Shown: positions 46,901 to 60,599, numbered from the stretch's first letter. The stretch is 64,000 nt of DNA from Felis catus (GCF_018350175.1 NC_058383.1:1674001-1738000), one strand, 5' to 3'. Program-made: numbers and translations. The notes: generated by a model from the letters alone, not told the origin.

Positions 46901-49900
46901 CTCCCAGTCTCAGCATTCCCCGGTCCGCCTCAGTGGGCCGTGTCTGCTGGACTCAGACGTGCTCCACGTTAGAACCACCCGATTAAGCTCAGCGAGTGAA
47001 CTGCAGCGCCTGGAAAGAAGCAGGGGACCTCGTCAAACTCGCCCCGCCCCCATCCTCCCCATCAGCGAACAGGTGGGCCCACTGGCGCGGCCCGTGTGAG
47101 GGCATACCGCGTGCTGTGCTGCACAGGCCGCGTGGGGCCCAGTGCCACCCAACCGGGCCCGGGAGCCCCACGCCGTTGGGGTGGCTTCACATCGAGCAGC
47201 ACCATCCCGGGGGTCCCAGGAAGAGCCGGGGCCAGACCAGGCATCCGACAACTACAGCTGGCCTCCCGATTCCCGGCCCCCCCACCTGTTTTGCCAGTAA
47301 AGTTTCACCGGGACACAGCAGCCCCCACCGTCCGCAGACGGCCCGAAGCTGCCTTCCAGCTGCCACAACCACGGAGCCGACCGTGTGGCCACACAGCCCA
47401 CGGAACTTACCACCTGGCCCTTGACGGACCAGGCTGACCCGCCGACCCGACTGAGGAGCCACGGGGGCCCGGGGTGAGGGCTGGAGCGCAGACGGCAGCC
47501 GTGGCAGAGAGCGGGGGGTGAGAGAGAGAAGACATTAAGGACAGCGTGAGGACCGAACACAAAGACAACAAGGAAGGAAAGAGAGGCCGCGCGGAAACGA
47601 AAGGGAAAAGCAGCAGGTGGCGGCGGGGAGAGGCCGAGAGAGAGGTGCACACCCCACCCCCGCCAGGCGCACCGAGCGGCGGCATGGCAACGATGTCCTC
47701 TCCCTCCGTCCCCCTGGACCTTGCCTTCCAGACCGGCAATCCATCAGGCGGGCGGGGAGCTGCGGAGAGTTAATCCGCCGCCGTAATCAGACCCCGCGGG
47801 CTGTGGGGGTGTTCTCCCTGCACGCCCCTCGCGGCTCCCCGCGGCTCCTTAAGGCGGTTGAACAAAACGGGAGCGACTCCGGGGGCTTGCCAGCGAGCGC
47901 TCGGCACAAGGCTGCTCGTCCTGGGCCTCCGTGTGCCCCCGGCGCTTTGCCTGCATCGGCACCGTGACGGATGGCTTGTCTGGGAGGCACTAAGGAACCT
48001 TAACAACCAGGTTCTATGAAGTTACATAACTTTTCACTGTGTGCCAATACACGATGCTCAACTAATAAACTTCTGTCAGGCCCCCTGGAGCAGCTTTTGA
48101 AGCTCTCCGAGATCCTGATACATAAAACGTTCCTGTTTAATAAATAAGAACGGGAAAACAGCCCCTGAACCCTGGAAGGCGGCACTCTGTGGCCTACAGG
48201 ATCCGGGATCAGCATGTGGCCTCTGTGACCTGGGGGGGCAGGGGAGGGGGAGCGGAGGCAAGGCTGGGGCACCCGTGACCGTTCCCTACCTTGGGGCCGC
48301 TGGACTGGACCAGCAGGCCGCCCCGGCCCTAGCCCGACACTGGGCCCCAGGCCTCTCCCGGGGCTGCCTGCCCGCTGGGGGTCAGGAAGCAGGTAGGCAG
48401 AGCTGAGGTCGCAGCCCAGGCCTGCAGGCAGGGAGGGGTCGGGGGTCCTATCTGGAGCGCAGCCCCATGGCTGAGAGACGGGAGAAAGGGCTTCGGGGAC
48501 CCTGCGTGCCCGTGACGAGCTGCCCTGCGGGGGACAGTCTGGACCCGGAGGTCCGTCCCCCAATCCGGTCAGGCTGGAGATGGAAGGAGGGTCTGGCCAG
48601 GCCCCTCAGGCCGCCACAGAGCAGAAGCTCCCTATGAGGACCGTGAACCCACCGGCACCCTCACGTGCCCGCCCTCCATCGACGGGACGCCTGGGTCTGC
48701 AGGGCTCGGCTCCACGGGAGCGTGTCGGGGCCAAAGGCAGGTCAGGCCAGCATCTGGGTTTCGGTGCCTCACCTTAAAGTAAGGCTCTGTCCCTGCCTTC
48801 GGGCACGTCCGTGAGGCTCCCAGACCCAGGAGCGGACAGAAAACTAAACAGAGCAGACCCCGACTCACAGTCCACCACCACCACCCACGGGGCCCAGTAC
48901 GGGAGCACCGTGCCCTTCTCTCCCGACCCCACCAGCTCCCGAGGGACCTGTTTGCCAGCTTGCAGGGGGACCGCGTCCGCAGCCTGAGCCGGGACCCTCG
49001 CCGTGCCTGACCCGAGCACGGGGAAATGCCCCCGGGCGCTCTCCCTCCTCCCCCTGCTCTGCAGAGAGAGTCACCACCCACGGGGCCAGGGGACAGGACA
49101 GGACAACACCTGTCAGGAGATGGACGTCGGTCACAGAAGGTGACAGCAGGAGAGGCAGAGCTGGCCTTGGGTCCCCGGTCTGGCTCCAGCTGCCACACGG
49201 TGCCCACCCCCTGTTCCTGCTGGTGTCGCCGATGGCAGGCACGACGTCCACGTCATCTGGGAGCTCGCCCCAAGACTTTCCTGAACCCAAGACCCCCCTC
49301 CCCCCCAAAGCCCCTCCTTGTGTTGCTATGGGCTTACTTCCTAAAGCTGGGCCCCCTTCTCCCTAACCCAGACCTCCTCCTGGGTGACAAGCGGGTCAGG
49401 GGTGCCTCTCACGGGGGAACCGGGGCGGTCCTGGTGCCACGGGAGAGCCTGCGTGAGAACGGTCGCTAGTTGCAAGGCGGCCACTGAGCGAGCCCGGTCT
49501 CCGTGCCACCGACGGGCCGCATGGAGGGAGCAGGGGAACGCGGTATCTGGCGCATCTCCGCCTCTTCCCTTCCACGAGAGACCCCCGCTAAAGAGCCACC
49601 GCCCTCCTCCAAGTGCACAAAGTGCCACTGGCTGCGTGTGCGCCTCTCTGCGCAAGTGCGTGGCAGGGACCCCTGCGGTCCCGGCAAGCGGCCAGGCTGC
49701 CCCTGCTCCGGCCGCCAGAGCACCGCGTCCCACCCCACACCCTGATCAGAGGGCATGGGCCTCTCTGCGGGGGTGACACACGTCACCGCAAGTGGGCGAG
49801 ACGGGGCTCCCCCACCGGCTCCCTCACACCGCGTGATGGGTCCTGGTCCCACGGCCAACTCGAGAGCAGGGGTCCCTCGGTGCCAGCAGCAGCTGGCATG

Positions 49901-51013
49901 GGACTGAACTCGTCGGGCACCGGGTCCCCCGGCAGAAGGAGCTCTGAGACTCGGCACGTGGCGGGCATCGCCACCCCACCCCTGCCCCAGACCCCCGTCC
50001 TCACCCCTACCCCACACCCTCCCATGACATGTGCCAGGCAGCCGCCTCGGCCTCCCGGGGAGGAGGGGGAGGACACCCTCCTCTCCTCCTGACACAGGTT
50101 CTGAGAGAGGCCAGAGGGAGGCCAGGGGAGTCTTGGCGATGAGAGCAGGAGCCAGGGCTGGGGAGCCCCCACATCCCCCCTCCCCCCGCCCCACCGCAGG
50201 CCTGAACGGAGCAGGACCCGGTGCTTCGTCTGCTGCCACCTGCTGGGGGCCAGGAGGCACACAGCTCTCCACGGGGGACCTGGGCCTCTGAGAAGGGCTG
50301 GACAGGGTCCAGGCCCGACCCCCAGGGTGCACTGACCCAACCACTGCCTGCGCTCCCCAAAGGGGGCCGGCTGCCAATCGCGGGCACCTGAAGGCAGCGA
50401 GCTTCTCTCCACCTGCTTGTTGATGTTCCAGAACGGCCAGGGACAGGGAGCGGGGAGCCCGGCCGGGGAACGCCTGGCGGCCAGCCCCCCTGTGCCTGCT
50501 CCTCCCTGCAGGCAGCCGCTCGGGCCCTGGTGAGCCCTTGTGGAAGTTACCAGAGCCGGTGAGACAGACCGCGTGCGGGCCCGGAAAGGTGAGACGGGTT
50601 AACCGTGCAGCCCGTAGGTTCTTAAGTCACCCCCATCACCCCATCACCCCAAACACGGCCCTGGAAGTGCCAGAACCGCGGGCCTCGTACTTAAGTGAGG
50701 AGGGTGCACACGGCACACGGACAAGAGGGAGCTCTCACGTAAAACACGCCAGGGAGGACCGAAGGGGTCAGAGAGCCTTCCCCACAAATCTCTCCTCGGT
50801 AACGTTTCACACGGTACCAGGTGTGCCGTAAGGAGATGACTATTAACACGCCGATACTTACGGCGACTCGCTGGGTGCGGCAGGAACAGCCATTCAAACC
50901 ACCACTGAAGGTCTGCATGCGACAGCACTGCCACGGCCCCTTGGCGGCCCCCCTCCCCCGGCCGCCAGTCGGGGCGCGGAGCCCGCACACGCCGGGCCCG
51001 CCCGCACACTCAC

Positions 51014-51154
51014 CTCCATCTCCGAGCTGTGCGCGTGCACCTTCTGGACCATGTCCTCGGCCTCACGCATCCGACGGGTCAGCTGGGGCGAGTACTCGGC
51101 CGGGGTCAGCTCGCTGTCGTAGGACCCCAGGATGGCACGCATGCCGTCTCGCTC
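51014..51154 (-). CDS. MAD1L1: MAD1L1 internal coding exon (human exon 13 equivalent), 141 nt, phase 0/0: [47 protein letters not shown]
   Basis: Peptide lies within ORF 50894..52066 and matches remembered human MAD1 residues ~407-453 almost exactly. Acceptor ...ctgaccgcctgctgtgtgtgcccacAG (branch-like CTGAC), donor GAG|GTGAGT at 51013-51008. Length is 47 whole codons. Confidence 0.97.
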
Positions 51155-53049
51155 CTGTGGGCACACACAGCAGGCGGTCAGGCCGGGGACGGTGACGGGA
51201 CACCGGAGGAACATGCACGACGTGACAGCAGATGCCACACGGAGGCAGCAGGAGGGTGGGCAGGCCGTCGGGCTGGAGGGTGGGGGGCTCGTGTGGCTTC
51301 TCAAAGGGCTGAGGGGCGTTTGGATCCTCACAGAGCCCCATGAGGCCAAGATGGGGCCTGAGCGGCTCTGAACCAGCAGCCCGAGCACAGGCCAAGGCCG
51401 GGCTGGACCCGGGTGCTCCCCACGACCGCCCGGCCTCGAGCTGAAGGGTCTATGGAGGCCTGTGGTGGCCAGAGACCCCTCCCGGGGCCTGCTGACTGCC
51501 CCAGCTGCGCAGAGGCCTTCTATCCCATCCCGCCAGCCCCGGGGGCCGCCAAACTCCAGACACGGTCCCAGGAACACAGCGGCGGAGGGACCAGGCCAGG
51601 CCGTGGGTTTGAATGCCCCACCGCCTGTGACTCCTGACCTGGCCTCTGGGCAAGGCTGCACGCAGCAGTCGGGAGAGAGGCCAGATCCATCCAAGCAGCA
51701 GGCGACCGGGTGGGAGCAAGAAGCGGGGTGCACGTTCCTTCCACCCAGACGTGAACCGCCCCTGACTCCCCACTCGTCAGCTCTGGCCTTAGCAAGCTCC
51801 CTGTCTCCCCACACAGCTCCCAGGATGCCTGGGGCCCCAATCTCAGGCCACAGATGTGTCACTGGGCACCAGCCAGGCCCGGCACCCTTTCTCCGTTTCT
51901 TGCACAAAGGGAGAGCCCCCTGCAAAGACGCACCAGGTTTTGGGGAAGGATGTACCGATGCCACTGCATCAGGACCAAGCTCCACAGAGAAGCCACCGCT
52001 CAGGGGTGTCCTGCCAGAAACGCTTAAGGCTGAGTGTGAACCAGAGTCAGGGGCCCTGGGAGGCATGGGCGGCTTCTCCTGCCCAGGACTGGAAGATTCC
52101 TTCCTCAGATGTTCGTGCGGGGAGACAACCTTCTGGAGGCCAGCCAGGGAAGGTCGCAGAGACCTGAGGTGTCCCTAGGTCCAGCAGCCGAGCGGCTCTA
52201 GAGGGTCTGCACAGAGGGCACCCGTACCCAGAAAGGAGCCTCTGTCTCCCCTGTGGGCTGCCCACCGTCCGTTCTCGTGCCCTGTGAACCTGGATTCTTC
52301 CTCGGCCCTAACACAGGCCTGAGCTGGGGCTGGCACCTGCTCTCCCGCCCCACATTCTGCAGGCTGCTGTCACCTGGGAGAAAATTCCATCACCCCACAG
52401 ACACCCAGGTGTACCAGCGCACGCGTCTCAGAGCTTCACGTGGGCCAGTGTCCCAGGGGTCAGCTCCGGAGTCTGGGCTGGGGCCTGAGGGTCCATATCG
52501 CACTCAGGCGCCCAGAGATGCTGCTGCTGTGGGACACGGAGCTCCGGGGCTCTGCCTGGGGCAGCACAGCCCAGGAAGGAAGGGTGGGCTGTGCACGGGC
52601 CAGGTCTGGCCCGACTCTGCTCCAGCCGGGGCCCCGAGGCCAGAGCACTCATCCCCGGCATCAGTTCCCGGATTGGTGGGTTAATCCCCGCTCACACACG
52701 GCGGACCCGAGGGCTGACGCCATCACGGATGCAGCATCCACGCACCGCCCCGTGAACGAGGCCCAGTGGCCTCATCCGTGTCGACAAACACACCTCCACG
52801 GGTTCACGGCGCACCCGCTCCGGCCCCGGCACTGCCTGGCTCTGCGCCGGTCCGGCTCTCGGCCGCTGTCCCATCAGGGCAGGGCAACCAGGCGCACCAT
52901 AGGGACAGTCCGCACAGGCACCTTCACGGCCCCGAAACAGCCCCCCACTCAACGTCCTCTGGGTTGGAGAGGCCCCTTCTTCTCGGGTGGGACCGGAGGA
53001 AGGCACAGGGCTCGTGAGCCTCAGACTCGGTCTTTGCCCGCCACGGACT

Positions 53050-53580
53050 GCACAATTAGCTGATGACAAGAAATTCACCGAGAAATTAAAGTTACAAATC
53101 CAACTGGAACTGGTCGCACGTCCGTGGGAAATTTGTTTCCACAGGAAGGTTTATCGAGTGTCACAATTTTATTGAAATCCTTTATCTTCGTATTGACTTT
53201 TATGGCTCGAGCTGGTTACCGGCGTCGTCCCTACCAGAGTGCGGGCGCCCCGGGGGGCCCGGGCGGGGGGGACTTGCCTTCCTGAGCAAGCTGCGATCGT
53301 CTCCCTGATTGACCAATAAATCCCCACAACCCGCCTTCCAGCACGGCACTCTTCATCGGGTCTGCGGGCGCCTCGGCCGGCGAGGAGGAAAACGTTTGGG
53401 AGCAAGTTCGTCGTTCGTTCCCGTTAAAGACGCCGCTTTGTCATTACTAGGAAAAGCAAAAGACCAAGTGTGCTGGTTTTATTTGATAATGACTTTTTAA
53501 TGACCAATTCCGCTTGTGGTAAAGTTTGCTTTGTTTCCACTTGAGCAAATGCCGATGATTAATCTCTGAACAAACAGGCA
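53050..53580. promoter_or_regulatory. Candidate conserved intronic enhancer (RBPJ, PBX/MEIS and posterior HOX/CDX motifs)
   Basis: AT-rich, non-repeat island with CGTGGGAA, TGATTGAC, CCAATAAA, TTTTATGG and TTTTATTG. Function is inferred only. Confidence 0.55.
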
Positions 53581-55849
53581 TCCGGTCTGCGAGGAGGCCT
53601 CAGAGACTCGCCCGAAGAAGTAGAAGGGGACACTTGCCGTCGGGCGCAGAGCAGTCCCGTGTGACTTCGAGCATGCCTGCTGGTCACAGAGTCATTGGCA
53701 GCTCCACGCGTGGATGAGGGCAGGGTCGGTTGCCCACGCGCAGATGAACCCCAGGCCCCGCCCCGCCCTCGCCACCCCAGCCGTCTGGGAAGGAGCGTGC
53801 TGGCCCGCCAGCCTCGCGTGTGGGTAACAGTCACCGGCCCTCCTGCCCCCGGGCCTCCAGGACACGGAGCCTCCCTCCCCGCCAAGGGCTGACGGGCCAG
53901 TGCCCGACTCCAGGACAGACGCAGGACTGACGGCTCAAGACCCTGCCCAGCCGTCCTGTCTTCCGGCCCACCTCTCCAACCAGCGCTGAGCCCTGCAGGC
54001 AGGTTGGTACCAAGGACAGGAGGAATCTTCTGGAAGCTCTGGAATGCTCCCAGTAAAGGGCCGGAACCTGAGGAGGGCAGAGACCAGGGGCTCTGGACAA
54101 ACTAAATGCTTCCTTCCTCAACAGAAATGAGGGGACAGGGCTGGTAGGCGGTGCTATGTGACGGTGCACAGCCAGCCCCAACGCTGGGAATGAGTGGCCA
54201 TCAAGGCAGGCCTCAGCCTTCTGGACAGGAAGCTGAGGCATAGGGGTTGTGCACGCACCAAGGGTCTGGGGTCTCCCGCAGGAAGGATGCCGACCCCAGG
54301 GGCGTGGGCGTGGAGACTGAGGATCCACGACAACCAGCTGACATGCTCTGGAAAGCCAAGGGCATTTGAAAAACATGCCCTACTTTGTCCGGCTTGTATC
54401 TACTTATGCGGAAGCCAGAGCCCCTCTGCGGGCAGCTCACAACAGCGAAACCAACGCTGGTGGGCCCGGACGCGGGCCTTCCCCCCGACCCCGGCGGTAT
54501 GCATCTCAGCCGCGGCCGCTCCCCACCGCCCAAAGTACCCTCCACCAGGAGCGGTAACTTCTTCTCCATGGGGCTGGGCAGACAGGTCTGCCTGGGAAGA
54601 CGACGTCCACTGTCCTCCCCGCCCTTGGGGCCCACACTGGCCGGGCCGTGCTAGCCAATCCTGCCTCTGTCCCAAGGACAGCTCTGTTCACGGGACAGGC
54701 CTGCCAGCAGCAGGCCCCACTGCCACCTCTCACCCCTGGCTGGTCCCGGGGACCCAGACCCCCGCCTCCGCAGTCCCACGGGCCACGGTCACCAACGCAA
54801 TGCCCAGGGCCACTAGTGCTCCAGCCCCCAACGCTGGGCCGGGATGCAGGCTTTTGTAATTTCCCCGAGAGGGTGCAGGAAGGAGGGAGGACACGGGGAA
54901 AGGTGCAAAGTCCGAAAAACCAGTGAGGGACATCCAGCAGGCACAGCCCCTGGGGCCTCTCTTCTGGGGTCAGGGGTCTCTCTTCCGGCCGTCTCCTCCC
55001 CTCCAGCCCAAAGCCTTCCTGTTCTGAGGCCAGGGAGGCACGTCTGACCCTAAGCCCCCACATCACAGACCGAGCCCCGACATGAAACCCCGACCGGTGC
55101 AAACCCTGGGTGACAGATCCCCTGGGGTGCCCCTCTTGGGGCTCCTCCCGCGTGTGCCCAGACAGCAAACCCCAGCAATCCCCAGGCGGCGGCGGCCGCA
55201 AGCACCGCGGGGTCTGGTTCAGGGCTCAGAGCCTGCCTCCTCAGGCAATGCCAGGCCACGACGGGGACAGAGGCCAGAGGGGAGGTGATGCTCCTGCGCA
55301 CGATCGCCCTGACTGGTGTCGGATGAGCTGTGTCCTCCTGGGTTCCCAAAGACCAGAGCCGCCCTACTCCACGGGCTCCCGGGCACAGACACCCCGGCAC
55401 GTGGTCCTAACAAACACTGCCCCTCGCACGTGCCCCCCTCACATAAACTGACCCCTGAGTCTCCTGGGCTCCTCCTGAGTCCAGGGGGCGCGGCCGGCCC
55501 TGGAGCCCGGAGCAGGAGTCTCCCGGGGAGGGACTGGAATCAGTCCCTTCCTGCAGGTGCCCGAACCGGGTGGGAGACGAGAGCAGAGAACCAGGACCAA
55601 AAAAGTCGGTATCCACAGGGGGCAAACCTTACAAAGAAACAGATGGTGGTACCTACCCACACAGGCACACACAGCGCTGACTGCCGGCGGATTAACTGTG
55701 CGCAGCACCCGAGACCACAGTGCGAGCAGGCTCGTGGCAGGAGCACACGCAGAGATCCCGGCTGGGAAAGCAGGGCCACGCTCTGCCCATCAAACAAGTT
55801 CCAAAGAGAAAGTTCTAAGGACCGTAAGGTAACGGTAAAAAATACAAAT

Positions 55850-58800
55850 AAATCGCACAAGAAAAATGAAAATAGACCAGCAAGCACTGGAATTAGGAGA
55901 ATTAGACCCACAGTACTCAGGTAATAAAATAATCGGAAGCGGAAATGGAAAACATGCACGGTACACTCAAAATAATAAAGAAAGGGACTTAAATTATTAG
56001 CGAGAAACAGGACATCAAAGAAACAAGCAAATTCAAAAACAAAACCAAAATGCAAATTAAATAAAGCTCAACAAGGTAAAATAACAATTCAAAGACGTAA
56101 ACAAGTAGAACTGCGATTCAGATGTGGCTGAAATCTGAGGAACAAAGCAGAAAGCAGACAAAGGACAAACCGGAAAGAGGAGGCAGCGGCTGGGTGACGG
56201 GAGCACTGGGAGGCTGAGGGTTTCTATCAAAATCAGGGAGAAACGGCACCTCGGACGGAGGGCAACAGTCAAGGTCACAACGGCTGAGAAACTTCCAGAA
56301 TGGATCAGAAGCGCCCACCCTCAGCTGCAGAAGATCGCAGACCTTGCAGAGTGCACGAGGGGCGGGGGCGGGTGGAGTGCGCCCTGGCAGGGCAGACACC
56401 CACATGCGTGGATGCGGCCCCCGCAGCAGGCTGGCCACGGGAAGGCCGCCAGACGTGCCCGTCCGCGGCGACACACTGTCTGGGGCGGTAGGGAGCTGCT
56501 CACCAACAACGACTTCACTGGAGGAGAGCACACAAGACGTATTGCCGAAGGCAAGTGGTCACGGAAGCCAGACCGAGAAAGAAGAAAGGAACACGAGCGA
56601 CGCACTAGCGCCACGTACTACCACAGCCATAACTGTGAGATCGCAGGGCGCCTGACTCATGGGTGGGGGAGGAAAAGGCAGAATGAACCCGCTCGTCACC
56701 CACTCACAAGAAATGAGCGGCGACCAACACTAGATGCTTAAATACCTACGAGACGCTAAGGCTGCAGAGGAGGTGCGGGGCACAACACTTTCCTTGAGAT
56801 ACGGGAGCAAACCATGCGCGTGTGCGCACACCCACACCCACGCGGCCTGTGCAAGGCGAACCAGACCCCTGGCTGCCTCCAGGCAGGTGTGTGGGGGGGG
56901 GGGGGGGCAGACGGGGCAGGGACAGGTGAACTTCTTACTGCCTACTCGTTCAGGATTTCATGACTTCTCAACTTCTCTACTGAAAAAATACCAATTAAAA
57001 ATAGAAATGCAGGGGGGAAAAGAATATAACATATAATAAAAGCATTTAAGGGAGGCCTGGAGCCTTAAATTGCTCCCAAAGGGATAAAGATATCATTACC
57101 CACTCTATTAAATATGCCCAGAAACCTCTAAAAGAGAAGAAACCGAGAAAAATATAAAAGGGAGGGAAAAAGATGCAAGAAAAAAGAACACAGCAGGAAA
57201 CTTATAAATTCACTGTCTACATTAGAAAAGCTGAAAGCTGAAAATTAATGAGCCAGCAACCAAGTCAAAAATAAGAAAAAGAATAAAACAACACAGGCAA
57301 AGAGTGTGAGGATGGAAACAACGGATGGGGCAAAAATGGGTAAGAGAAAACGAAGACAGACACGTGTCAACAGAAACTTCCCCAACTGAGACGCAGAGAG
57401 AGAAATGATGAGGAAAGCTGCGCCCCAGAAGAACGAGGGCCAGTTACGAAAGGGGTAGGCTCTGCACCATGACGCTAGGAGCAGAGGAAACACCCCTCTG
57501 AACGGGAGACTTTCCAGAACGCCACCCGACCCCAGATCCAGGGAGCTCAGAGGACCATAAGCAAGATAAACACCAAAAAACCTACACCCGGCAAATCATA
57601 TTCAAACCCTGAAAACCGAAGGCGGAGAAATCCCACCAGAGCCAGGCAGCACGTGAGAGACCGGGGCCGGGGCGGGGAGGGACGTCTACTTGAGCAGAGA
57701 AAAACCTCCCTCGCCCAGAACTCTGCATCCAGTGAAATCACCCTTCAGAAGCGGAGGGGAAATAAAGGCATCCTCGGACAAAAACAGCACACGGGATCCG
57801 TCGGGGTACACCTGCCCCACGGGAAATATTAAAAGGTGCGTAGCAGTCCGAAGTCGGATCGGTGTAAAGAAAGGCAGAGCTTCAGAGAAGGAGCAGGTGA
57901 GGGGCAGGTAGTCTCTCTCACCTTCCGGGTCTTACCTGCTCTAACAGACAATGCTCACAGGAGCAGGGGTAGCAAGGCCTCAGGAGACCAGCGCTGTCAT
58001 AAGGGACGGGGGGAGGGGACTTGGGACACCTGGTGCAAGGCACCGCGCTACCTGTGCGGGGGGACAGTACCGTCTAAGGACGGACTCAGACTTCCGCCAA
58101 GCTGCCAGTTCTGGGGTGAGCATGACAACACAGGCCTTAAGACCTGTAACTCATGAGTTACCAGAGAAAACGAGAGAAACACAGAGTCCCATGAAATGCT
58201 CGGCTAAAACCAAACAAGGCACATCGACACAGAAGAGTCAAAAAGGACCAAAGAACAAGTGTCCACGTGGAAAATGCGAACCACATCACAGCGGCCAAAC
58301 AAAGTGCCTCGGTATCACTGCGAGCGATCTAAACACGCCAACTGGAAGATACCGTCAACGTGGATTAGAACGGGTCCAATTATATGTCTATAAAAAACCT
58401 ACTGCACATATACAAACACAGACAGAAAAGTTAAAGGGTGGAGAAAGATACGTCGTGCTAACCTCAGTCAAAAGACAGCAAAGCTGAAGGGGAAGCTTTA
58501 CCAATCTTGGGCCAAGCAGACCTCAGGACACAGAAACACCTATGGAGATAAGAGGGGGACTACATAATGATAAAGGGGTCAATATTCCCCCAAAGATTTA
58601 CCAATCCTAAACACATACGCACCTTACAATAGAGGGTCAAAATACGTGAGGCAAAACTGATAAAACTTCAAGGAGAAACAGACATATCTCCCGGTGTAGC
58701 TGGAGACTTCCATGCCCTCCATCAGTAATTGACAGATCCAGGAGGCAGAAAATCAGTAAGGATGTAGTTGAACCAAATAGCACCATCAATCAACTGGATC

Positions 58801-60055
58801 TAATTGACATTGATAAAATACTTCATACGCCAACGGTAGGACACACATTCCTCTCCAGCTCGCGTGGAACATTCACCAAGACAGACCACACTCTGGGCCG
58901 TAAAACACAACTAAACACACTGAAAGGGGCAGAAATCATACCAAGTAAGCTTTCAGAGCACTCTAGAATTAAAATGGAAATCAGTAATAGAAAGATGGCT
59001 GGAAAATCCCAAAATATTTAGAGATTAAACAACGCTTATCTAAATAACACACGGGTCACAGAAATCCTAAGAGAAATATGATGGTATTTTTAACAAGATG
59101 AAATGAAAACCAACTTATCACAACGTGCAGCAAAAGCAGGGCTTCGAGGGAATGGATAGCACTGAATGCTATTTGAGGAAAGAAATCTAAAATCAATCAT
59201 CAAAGCTTCTGTCTTAGAAAACGAAAGAAAGAAGAGTAATGTAAGCCTAAACCGAGCAAAAGAAAAGAAACGATGAAAATTAGAACAGAAATCAGTGAAA
59301 TTGAAAACAGGAAAACAATTGAGAAAAATCAACAAAACCAAAAGTTGGTTCTTTGAGAAGATCAACGACATTGAAAAGCCTCTAACATGCTGACCGCGTC
59401 ACAACCAGAGAAGACAAGACAAAACAGAAAAGACACAAATTGCTAACACTGGGTGTGAGAGAAAGGTCATCACTATCAATCCCAGTAACGTGAAAAAGAG
59501 TAAGATTATTAGGAACAAATCCGTGCCCCCAAACTTCGTAACTTATGTGTAACGGACCAAATCCTTAAAAGGCACAAATGATCGCAATTTGCAAGAAGAG
59601 AAACAGAAAATCTGAGTTGGCTTCTGTCTATTGAATGAAGTTGAATTGAAAATAACCCTCCTAAAAAGAAGGCACCAGACTCCAATGGTTTCCCTGGTGA
59701 ATTCCACCAACTATTTAATCAAGAAATTATACCAACTCCTTAAAATCTCTTGCAGAAGACAGAAGCAATCATACATACATGTTCGCAAATGATATTTACG
59801 TATCAGCATAAATAACATGTATTTGCCAAAACTCACAGACCCGCACAAGAGTAAACCTTACCATAAACCATGGACGTTAATTAGAGATAACGTACCCATA
59901 CTGGTGTATTCGTCGTGTCAGACATGCCCCGGGAAAATTCAGGATGTTAGTGTTAGGTGAAACTCTGGGGTGGGGGAAATAATACAGAAGCCATCTCTGT
60001 ACCATCTTCTCCACTTTTTTGTAGACCCAAAACTGTTCCAAAGGAAAAAAAAAAG
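55850..60055 (+). mobile_element. Stack of plus-strand L1 relics: old ORF1/ORF2 pieces (~55850-57300), an L1MC/MD-like ORF1-ORF2 5' segment (~57310-59760) and an L1MC/MD 3' UTR (~59790-60055)
   Basis: gaaacttccccaact...cagatccagggagctcagagg (ORF1), tacataatgataaaggggtcaat, gctggagacttc, catcaatcaactggatctaattgacat, tgaagcaaaagttggttctttgagaagatcaac-like motif, atttgccaaaactcacaga...tttttgtagacccaaaactgttcc (3' UTR). Confidence 0.8.
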
Positions 60056-60210
60056 TACAAAGAGCTGGAGAGGAAAAAGTGGACAAGGGACTGGCCCCAG
60101 GAAGGGGGTGACTTACTCATGAGCTCACCCGGTGCAAGTCAAAAGGCAGCACAAGTACAGGCTCAAAGGGCGTGGGTGGCCAACCGAGAATTCCATACCC
60201 GGCAAAAGAA

Positions 60211-60384
60211 TTTTTTTTTTTAAGTTTATCTACTTATTTTGAGAGAGAGGGGCAGAGCCCCACGAAGGCTCCACACTGTCAGCACAGAGCCCGACGTGGG
60301 GCTTGATCCCACAAACCACGAGATCATGACCTGAGCCAAAATCAAGAGTCAGACCCTCAACCGACTGAGTCACTCAGGTGTTCC
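60211..60384 (-). mobile_element. CAN-SINE, reverse orientation, inserted in an L1 ORF1 relic (~60060-60600)
   Basis: ttttttttttaagtttatctacttattttgagagagag...cagcacagagcccgacgtggggcttgatccc...ccgactgagtcactcaggtgttcc. TSD-like ccggcaaaagaatt / ccagcaaagtattc. Confidence 0.92.
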
Positions 60385-60599
60385 CCAGCAAAGTATTCTT
60401 TAGAAGTGAACGTGTAACAAATACAGCGTCACACTAGGAAAAACTGAGGTAATCCCTCAGCATCAGATCCATACCAAAGGAAATACTTACTGAAGGGCGT
60501 GCCGCAAGCAGAAGGTAAGTGATCCAGATGGATGCCTAGAGAGGCTGGCGGGTAACCAACAAACATGCGTAAATGTGAATGAACACATAAAGACCACAG

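Noticed and set aside
50894..52066. 390-aa ORF treated as a whole gene
   Set aside because: Only 51014-51154 is MAD1-like and bounded by splice sites; the flanks are in-frame intron.
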